Positions 54,433 to 64,000 of a stretch of DNA of 64,000 nt are shown piece by piece (the stretch's first letter is position 1; each line of letters starts with the position of its first letter). This stretch comes from Sphagnum compactum (Eukaryota), in the NCBI GenBank assembly GCA_965153455.1, contig OZ234493.1, positions 620,001 through 684,000 of the forward strand, given 5' to 3'. The position numbers and the translations under genes are program-made. The notes under the pieces were generated by a model that was not told the DNA's origin, searched no databases, and worked only from the letters and a program-made list of their open reading frames with translations.

Positions 54433-55120
54433 TTTTGAAATTTTTTTTTGGGAAGTTCTTTAGGTGTGAGTTTGAACTCAATTCTTCAAAATTTTAAACC
54501 TTGTGATCTTAGTTTGAGCACATTTTTTCAAATTCAAGGACCTTCAAGCCGAGTTGGAAAACTAGATCTAATTCTATGTATTCCCTACACACTCCCCAAA
54601 GCTAAAGATTGTTTACTTACTAAGATTTTACAACAAATGATAACTTGAGATTATAGAGGTATGAAATTTCATAAATAATTAGAAAAATCGATTATTTGCT
54701 TATAAAGTTTAATGTATTTATCGACAATTAAAGAGAATTCACCTTGCTTATTCAAAAACATTAAATTTATGTTCAAGAAGCATTTTTACAAAATGTGGGT
54801 GCAATTCACTAATCCCTGTTTACTAGACCAGTGAATTCACTGCTTCTTCACTGGTCCCCGTTCACTACAACTAAACTACAACAACAATTTACTCAAAATC
54901 CAATGAAATCACTTGACGTACAAAGACACCTTTTGTTGTGGAGAAAGTGGTTTTTTTTTGTAGGTTCTAATTTTAATTCAAAATCTAGCAAAAAGACTAA
55001 TTCCATGATCAAGTTCTTATGCCAATTTCAACAAATGGACATGAACTTGGATCCAAGCTATAAGAACATAAACTTAAACCCTAGGTTTAACCCTAGCAAT
55101 CTAGCAATATTGTATGAATC

Positions 55121-55470
55121 TTAGATTCTTGGCATGAACCCAAGGTCACCCTTGATTTTGTAAGGTAATGAAACATTAGGATAATGAAGAAGAGGAATGT
55201 GAAGCTTAGATTCTTGACATGACCCTCGGTTCACCCTTGACTTCATAGGGTCAAGAACACAAGGGGCACTTTTAACAAAGGAAAAAAGGAGTACTAAAGC
55301 TTAAATTCTTAGCATGAACCTAAAGGTCACCCTTGACTTTGTAGGGTCAGTGAAGAACATATAAGGATAATAAAGGGAAGTGAGGTATGAAGCTTTTATG
55401 GATTCTCAACATGAACAACAAAATCACCCTTGACTTCATCGGGTGAAGAAACATTAGGATAACAAAAGAA
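55121..55470. repeat. Four degenerate ~85-95-bp tandem repeats (related copies near 54060 and 54160)
   Basis: ttagattcttg(g/a)catgaacc..ggtcacccttgactt..tagggtca..gaacattaggataa. Confidence 0.75.
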
Positions 55471-55507
55471 GATAGGTGTGCCAACTACCGTGCTCCTTCA
55501 AAAGAAT

Positions 55508-55910
55508 CAAATATGGATGAAAATCAAATTGGATGAAAAACTCAAATGTAGATTGAGCAACTCATGGTGAATGAAAACACCCAAATTTGAATGAAAACCT
55601 AATAAAATATGGATGAAAATCAAACATGGATTGAAAAATCAAATGTGGATGGAAATAGCAGGGTAGATGAGCAAGTAAAGGTGAATGAAAAAACCTAATA
55701 TGGATGAAAACCTAATCAAATATGGATGCAAAAAATCAAATGTGGATGCAAAGTGAAAAATGGATGAATAGACCAAATGTGGATGAACGATAAAATGTGG
55801 ATGAGAAAAAGGGAAAAGGGTGGACGAGAAATTAGAGGTCAATGAAAAAACCCCCAAATTTGGATGAAAAACCCAATGGGGATGAAGAAATCCAAATGTG
55901 GATGAAGCAG
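55508..55910. repeat. Degenerate AAATGTGGATGAAAA short-unit array
   Basis: Many tggatgaa/aatgaaaa units. Confidence 0.85.
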
Positions 55911-56801
55911 AAGAAGAAGATGAAGAAGGAAGAAGAAGACTAAGAAGAAGAAGATGCTGCCGCTGCTCTTAGGCCATGGTGATGGCGTTGTCATGCCCAG
56001 TTCAGGTCTTTCTTTGGACCAGTGCTTGCTAGGTAGCTCTAGCGAGAGATCACAACTGCAGTAGCTCAGAGATCAGCTGCTGCAGCACTGAAGACAGAGG
56101 ACAGGAACTCAGCAAGCTGTGTGTGAGGTGAGGAGGAGATTGAGAGTTTTCCAATGGCGTTTCTAAGAGGTGTGGTTAGAGGAATGATCTGTATAGCAAG
56201 GCAGAATTTGGAGGAGAAAGAGAGAAAGAAAGAAAGAAAGATCGAGAGACAGAGACAGAGACAGAGAATGAGTGTATTAGGAAGAGAATCTGAGTTCAAT
56301 CTGGTTGTGCAGTGAAGGTGGAAATTTTTGGAGGAAATCACAAGAGATGGTGGTGGTGGTGGTGGTGGGGAGTGAGCTAATAGTGGATAGACGGAGGATG
56401 AAGCTCAGCAGCATGGAGAAGAGAAAGAGGGAGAGCAAAGGACACAGACAGACAGAGAAGATCTTCAATGGCTGGCTACTTCGTGATTCTTTTCCTTTGG
56501 TGGTTTACAGTGAATTCCTCATCTATGTTGCCAGGATGCGGGCTGTGAACAGCTGACTTGTTTCCTGGAGGATGTAAGAAATTCGTATTGGAGCTTTGAG
56601 AGGAGTTGTTGTTGCGATTTAGAGCGAGAAAGGGTACAAGAAGAACGACAAGAAGAAGGTGCGTGCAAATGAGGAGCTGCAAGAGCAGAAGAGACAAATC
56701 TAGTAGAGTAGAGTGAGAAGTTGAGTCTTGGGGGGTGGGAGTGGCAGCTGGCTGTATTCATTCATGTGTGCAAGAGGAGGAGGAGACAGTCGTGGGGAGA
56801 A

Positions 56802-58881
56802 ATGAAGGCGACGGAAGATGATGCCGACGACGACCATGTGTCAGAATGGGAGAAAGGGCTACCGACCAACGAGGAACTCATGCCCCTCTCTCAGTCGCTC
56901 ATCTCCCCTGCGCTGGCCAGTGCCTTCAGCATTAGGCACGAGCCTGCCAAGACGCCTTTGGATGTTCAACGCGGAGCACGAGCGACTCTTCAGAACCTCA
57001 GGAACCAGAAAGCGTCCATCCCTTCGTTTCGATCCTACCCTTCCTTTCAAGCTGCTGACAAGCTAAGAGGTACCCAATCCCTCCGCCTCTTTCTGTGCAA
57101 AAACACACAATCCGGCAACTGAAAGCTCATATGAAATAGTTTCAAGATCTACCTCTCTGATCATCTCTTGATGAGCTTTCTGTTCCAGAAATCCCATCTT
57201 TCTCTCTTTGTCCTGCTGCTCTTTCTTTTCTCCAATCTTTGGATTGTGTTTTCTAGGGTTTTGTCATGCAGCTCCCTACGTCTCAAAATTGTTCTTCTGG
57301 AAATTTTCTCTCGCAAGTATGACTGGATCTCAGGGCCACAATCTCTGTCAAAAAAAAATTCCAGTCTTACTTACTGTGAGATTGAAGGTGAAAGAATATG
57401 AGATTGGGTGCAAAGGAAATGAGAGATTTGAAGAGTAGAGCCTCATTGGCTCTGATTTACACAATGTTGGTGCAGTGGGCACTTTCGGGTCTATAGTGCA
57501 CACTCTGGTCCAGAGTAGGTAGCACCATCCAATGCTCTAGGCAACAGAAAAATAAAACTGTTGCTCAATGACAATGTCAGTTCTGGTCCAGTTCTGGTGT
57601 ATGGAAGGACTTTATGGACACAAATGGGGCCTAGTAAGCCTTACCTGTCTGTGTGCACAAACAACATTACAAGAGACAAAGGGTGGTGGCAGCAGCCCTG
57701 ACAGGGCAGATTGAATCCCTGTGAAGGATGACAATGCACATTTCATTGAACCTTGCTGTGTGGCTATTCACTTTGTTGACTCTTTAATCTCTCTGGGTGG
57801 AGGCATGGTGAGGCAAGATTTTTGATTTCCAGGTGCACATGGTTATGCAGGTGAGGGTTGGGTAGGAGTGGGAGATGTGCCACCTGTCAGTGGAAATGGG
57901 GTTGTTGGAAGTGGTGATGAGGCAGCAAGAGTTTTAGCAGGAGGTGTGAACCAACGAGGGCCATTAGTATGTCATCCCTCAGGACCTTACCCACCACCAG
58001 GAACTGTGCTTGTTGCTCCAGAGAGCTATGGAGGAGGAATTGATGAGACAAGTTTCAACCTGGTTGATGGAAGATCAGATCAGGGATCTTTGCCCTACAT
58101 GATGCCGTGCGCAGTAGCAGGGGGTACATCATATGAGAGACGGCCAGAGAATTCATATGGTGCAACAAGGGGTGATGACAGTTGCAAGGGTGGTGGAGGG
58201 TTGTTGTCCAAGAATGTTTTCAAGCGGGCGGATTCTGAACCAGAGGATGGTGATTCTGCAGGGTGTCCAGAGAATAGTAGTGAAGAGCCTAATGCTCGCA
58301 CGCTGAAAAGGCCACGGCTTGTGTGGACCCCACAGCTGCACAAGCGCTTTGTGGATGCTGTGGGACACCTGGGCATAAAGAACGCAGTACCAAAAACAAT
58401 CATGCAGCTCATGAATGTAGAGGGTTTGACACGGGAGAATGTGGCCTCTCATTTGCAGAAGTATAGATTGTATCTGAAGCGTGTGCAGGGACTTTCATCA
58501 GAAGGTCCTTCAGCATCTGACCAGCTTTTTGCCTCTACTCCACTACCCCCAAATCTTGGTGGCTTGCATTACGTGCATAACCACAGAGATGATGTAGGGG
58601 CCCCGCCATTTGCATCTCCAAATGTCCCCACGCCTTATACAGCAGTAGCACCATGTGCAATGGGCCCAGGTCATTACAGTGGGTATGAGCACCATCCTTA
58701 CAGTGGTGTTGGAAGGGGCATGCCACAGCAATCTCCTCAAAGTGATGACCAAAGAGAGCAGCAGATCACAGCCAACGAAAACCATCACAATCACAACCAT
58801 AACTACAACAATCAAACCCACAATCAACCGAGTTCGCCCCCTCACCACATTCTCACTTTGTTCCCAACAAGCTCTCGCTGA
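56802..58881 (+). CDS. LUX: LUX ARRHYTHMO/PCL1-like GARP (SHLQKY) MYB transcription factor, ~438 aa; exons 56802-57069 and 57833(or 57851)-58881
   Basis: N-terminal [34 protein letters not shown] domain [71 protein letters not shown] motif; phase-1 GT-AG intron. Confidence 0.93.
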
Positions 58882-60399
58882 TTTCTTTAACCCTGTCTTA
58901 TGTGGGATGGGACAGTTGCATTATTGTACCAAACTGGTGCTTCTGACAGACTTAGATGTGTATGAGGTAGGGTCCGCTTGAAAACCCTGAATTGAATGGT
59001 GTGGTTTGCTTTCTGAGACAACTATTGGGAAGAAGATCTCTACTTTAACAAAGCAATCAAACAGCCCTTGCCCTAGAGAGGCAGTCAGTGTTTATTTTTT
59101 CAGTTTTCAGTCTTAGCTAAGTTTGCTACATGCCAGTCCTTTGCTGGAGCTCTAATTGCCACATGGACACATTGAGCGTCTATCTGCCCAACTCCATGGT
59201 GGGAAAATGTGTAGTTTTTTAGAGGTAAAGGAAATAAAATGATCGGTTCTGATTTGCTAAAGGAAACTATTCAGTCTGAATTGCAGCTACAGTTCATCAT
59301 CCTAACTTGGGTTTTCTGTGAATGAATATTATTTTGAATCCACTTTTTGGCAACATGCTATAAAGGGGAATTGAACCCTGACCAGAAGATGCCTTGCCCA
59401 TTGCAGCATAAAGCCTAACCTGCACAAAAGAAATCATTAGTTGGTAATATTGCATGCAAAGACAAATGTTGTAGGCCCAAACAAGTGGGTTGCATGTAGA
59501 TTCCAGTTAACCATAGATCATGGAAACAAAGGGCAACATCTTCACTTTGCCAAATCAAAATTCAAATTGTTAGTTGAACAAGCCATCCAAAGCAGGATCA
59601 ACAAGGGTTGTATTAAAGTTCCAATCAATTACTAAGATGGTAATTGCCAATTTATTCACACATGTTTGGTCGGTGGAGCCTACAAAAAATCAATTGATTT
59701 TTCATGCCTCGTGTGGTTTGGACTATTTTTTTATTTCTTACTAATCATGCCTACTTTGATGTGCACAATCTTCCTTCAGCTTGTACATCAGATGTTCTTC
59801 ATGTAAGAATCTTAACAATACCCATGCATCTAGATTCCAACAAAATCTCAAAAAACAAGAAGAGATACAAGGAATACAAGAAAAAGACAGCTTGGACATT
59901 GGCAACCCTACCATGAGCTAGCTTTCAACCATCAAGCTCTTGCCTCAAGCTTTAACCTTCTACACCATACCAAGTTCTAGTGTCCTTCCAATTTTGAATT
60001 GTTGTTCCAAAAAGAAAGTTTTGAAAGTGAAAAACTTCTAGTTGAACATGTTAATGACAAGCTCCAAATGCATGGTTAATTGAGCTTATAGATTAGTTTT
60101 CATGAAGACTAGGTGTAAAAAAAGAACATTCATCCTCAATATAACCAATTATTTACACAACAAGAAGTTCAACCACCTTGATGTACTCCAAGATTTGGTT
60201 TTTAAGAATTTAAAAGAAAGTAAATGTTCTACACAACTTGGTTAGCAAGTTCACATTAAAAGGTTTCTACATTGCCAACTTAGCATTGTTTATCATATTA
60301 AACACAAATTAAAAACTTTGAAAGTTAGAAATAAAAATTAAAAACAAGGTTGGAACCCATACCTCATCAAGCCTTACCTTCTTAGGTTGACAAAGGGTT

Positions 60400-62830
60400 A
60401 CCAAGTGATGATTGCCAAATGAACAATGAATTTTTTTTCAAGTTATGGTTGTAACCAATATTATGGATAAACAACTCCCAATGCATCCATCATATCTTGA
60501 GCAAAAAACCAACCTTGTAACTTTGTAATAAGTTGAGTGACAATTTCTTTACATTGTTAATCACATATGGAACCATCTTTTCATATATGTCCCTTGTAAA
60601 ACAAATAGATGCCCCTATTTATCTGAAAATGTGGTCCAATTGTTGTTGCCCAACAAACTCAAAAGCCAATTGATTAATTCATGTCTTTGTCACGAATACC
60701 AAAGCCATAGAATTCATTTATTTGAATGTTCATCTACGACTTGTAATGAACTTGTATGTAATTCTAAGTTTAATTTTAATTCATTCTTTTAGTTCATTTC
60801 CAATTCACTTCTAGGTTAATTCATATTTTTATTTTAATTAAAATTTAGTTCATTTTTAATTAACTTTTAGTTCATTCATAATTAAATCTTTATTCAATTC
60901 TAATTAATTTTTTAATGTACTTTTAATTCATTTCTAGTTCACTTTTAGTTCATTTTTTATTAACTTTTAATTAATTTTAAGTTCACTTTTAGTTGGGTTT
61001 TAGTTCATTCATAATTCACGCATGGGTGGACATGGGCCACACATAGGAACACATGGGCCACATGTGACTTAGAAGTTTCATGAGAAACTTCGTTGAACTA
61101 AGTGCCCAATGGGTATTAATAGAAGTAGAATTCCTTGTTACTTTCAATCTATTCAACACCAAATTTTTGCATGTTTTTTTTATCACAACGTTGTTTTGTT
61201 CTTATTTCAATCTTGCAATAAAATATTGTTGAATTCTTATTTTGCATGTGTTGTGTTTTCTTTTTGTTTTTCCTATTTCACAATTTGGATTTAAAACTAG
61301 GCTTGCTTTTATTTTGTTTTAATTAAAAAATCTTGTAGACTTGGTTATTTTCATGCCCGTGGTAGTGTTCAAATCTATAATCCAATGAAGATTGATGCTC
61401 TCATAAGCATAGTTGATCAAGATCGAATTAGTGAACACATCACTATCAAAACAAAATTAAATGTTGTAGTACATGCAATATACATTCCCTTCACAAATCT
61501 TGACTGTTGATATGAAAACACAAACAAAACCATCCTTCAATTGTGCAAACTTAATCAAATAATGTATTTCTTCTAATAGTGGCATCATTGCATTCAACCC
61601 CAACAATGTTTCCATGTTAATGATCGAAGATAAATTAGATCCAGCATAACGAATTGTGGGTGCATTCAATGTCATTTTCATGAAGAGAGGGTGATATTTA
61701 GACAACACGCATTTAATAAAACTAATCATAGATATCCATCTAGTTTTGATGTTGCACAAAATTTTGTTACATTTAGTTTCCATGATTTTTACCAATTTGG
61801 TAAACTCCAAAAGCCTATTAGGACTATGCTTGAAGTAGCCATATAAACATTGCAAAAACAATTCAATGCAAAAAAAAAAGGTAAATTTAAAAAGGTTTGT
61901 ACCATAAGATTTGTTCGATGAATCATATTATGCACATTGGTGACAAATGGAACATACTAACATTGGATTTGGTTTGTCATTCTTGATCTAAGGCTTTGGA
62001 AGGTGCTAACCCCATCAACATCAAAATGCACCAACCTTGACATAATGTCCTTTTGTTTCAAATCTCCTTATGTCATCAAAAAGTTTATTATTAACAAAGT
62101 TAAGCTATCAACCCCAAATCCAAAGAACATTTGTTACACATTCAACAATAATGGTATTCAACACTAATTATGTACAATGTAATTATGCACACTTGCCCAA
62201 CTGACATTATCCATTGTTATGACCTCATTACAAGTTAAAAAAACAAAGTTGGAATTTAGAAAACAAGTTTAATAACCTATAAAACTTCTTTTTGTATGTG
62301 GTTTGTAATCTTCTAGTTAGCCCCATTAGATCAATGTTTCAAAAACTCATCCAAAGGTTGGAAGCCCTCACAATCAATCATTGGTTTACTTTTATTCAAC
62401 AAACCAAAAACAATTTCAAATTGAACAAGTTTTCATTTGTCTTTCATGACTTACACATCACTTAGTTGTTGGAGGACAATGACTATAATAAGATGAACAT
62501 AAGTAATCTCATTTCTTACAAACATACGTTTTGTGTCCATTATCCATTTACTATCAAAACCCTTCCTCTTATTTGCATGTTTATTTATATAATCCCATTT
62601 AACCACCAAAACCTTTTTGTTATTCTCAATTTTGGTACAAACACAACATTTGAGAGTAGGAACCAATCAAAATCATTCAAATGGGCTCTACATAGGGCAT
62701 TCTTATAACTTCAATCCCATGAAACTTATAGTCAACATTAGTTACAAATGTAGGTTTTTGGGACAAAGGGCAAATCCATCGTCAACATCAATGACAACAA
62801 GGTTTTTCAAGCATGGCATCTGAATTTATG
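60400..62830 (-). mobile_element. Decayed hAT-superfamily (ZNF862-like) transposase with internal AT-rich repeat (60760-61015)
   Basis: YGYFKHSPNRLLEFTKLVKIMETK...NIKTRWISM; N-terminal KCCVCTK...KH; FDVDGVSTF-like remnant; frameshifted. Confidence 0.75.
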
Positions 62831-63469
62831 TCAAAGATTTGAGGTCAAAAAGAAATATGAACATTGAGAATAGGAACCAAAAAACAAACAAATTACAAGA
62901 GAATTAAGATGAAAAACACAAGTGCACAAAGAAGTTTTAAGAGTTTAGGGTTTAGGAGCTTCTTGAAATCTTAAACTCGACTTGTATCTACTTGTTAAGC
63001 ACACACATCATGCTCCAATGATCACAAAAATAGTAGCCCACAATTGCACCAAGTTCCAACAAGTAGTCCACCGCTAACTATTCATTGTTCAACATGGATT
63101 CAAAAAGATGAACATTGCTGGCAAGCATATGAAGGGGAACGAAAATGCAAAGTTGCCTCCTTCTCCTTGCACACATGACTCAAGACTCGGGGGACTCTCG
63201 AATGTTCATTGCAAGTGTGCACAATGTTAGTAGTTACACATCACAAAGTCCAAACTCGAGTGAAATGAGATTTTTGGTGGCATTAGGGTTGCAAATCAAC
63301 GGCTTACAAGCATGTAATTTGAGAATACACATTGAATACAAGTGTCGAGCAAATTGTTGCTTTCTTGACAATGATGAGGGGGGGGCAACATGTGTTGTCT
63401 CGTTGTCCTTGTCATGATGATGCTGAAAAAACCCACTCCCAAAAAAAACACTAGATGCAATAGACTCAC

Positions 63470-63594
63470 AAATGTGTAATACTGCATGCAGCTCAGTGGA
63501 GACAGCAATGCGGTAATGGCAGGACCTCGCATAGTCAAGAAATCACTTATTGTCCAGGCAAGCAAGTCATTCAGCAGCTGTGTGGACATTGGAT
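63470..63594 (-). CDS. Probable internal exon of an unidentified gene extending beyond the right edge
   Basis: ttacag| DPMSTQLLNDLLAWTISDFLTMRGPAITALLSPLSCMQYYTF |gtgagt with strong splice sites and gene-like GC content. Confidence 0.4.
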
Positions 63595-64000
63595 CTGTAA
63601 CAAAAGGTTGCCAAGCTCTAGGATGTTGAGTAATTAGTGAGAGCTGTGAAGTTGAAATAGAATAATCGAGCTCAAATTTCTTTTGAGCTGGAATTCAAAG
63701 ACAACGTGTCTGCCATGACCTTAGTCTAAATTACCTTAGTCTAAATTATGGCAGCATTCAAATTGTCGATCATAATAAGTAGTGCCATCAGTCTGACAGT
63801 CAAGATCAAAACCATGAAATGCTAAAAGGGCTGTATTGCTTACTTGAGAGAGAGTCATGTTCTACTTTTTGCTTATCAATTTTGCTACCCAAAGATAGTT
63901 GGATTTTTATTAGAGATAACATAGAGGATTCCAGCAGTGACATTGTGGTCACATGCTAAGTGCATTCCAAAACCCATTGTACCAAAGCAGGGTTAATACT

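Noticed and set aside
59360..59385. GGTTCAATTCCC B-box/T-arm-like motif on - strand
   Set aside because: Isolated; no A-box or acceptor stem found

Overview
Eukaryotic nuclear DNA from a land plant: GT-AG introns, GC-richer genes in very AT-rich, transposon-littered spacers. Gene and repeat style suggest a moss such as Sphagnum (inference). Left to right: the 3' part of a FkbM-type methyltransferase gene (-); a solo LTR with intact 5-bp TSD; a ~5 kb repeat-built element with hairpin and 41-bp arrays; two intronless tandem copies of a PF14476/At4g22030-like gene, each broken by a single different nonsense codon; several decayed hAT transposases and a second solo LTR lacking a TSD; an 8-exon shugoshin gene (+) with tandem MSA promoter elements and a probable U12 intron; a convergent multi-exon TFIIIC delta/90-kDa (At3g49400-like) gene (-) with a 45-bp array carrying A-box/B-box-like motifs directly upstream; a 2-exon LUX/PCL1-type GARP clock gene (+); another hAT fossil; and an orphan exon at the right edge. 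No rRNA, intact tRNA or CRISPR array was seen. Family calls come from recognising motifs by eye; no database searches were run.
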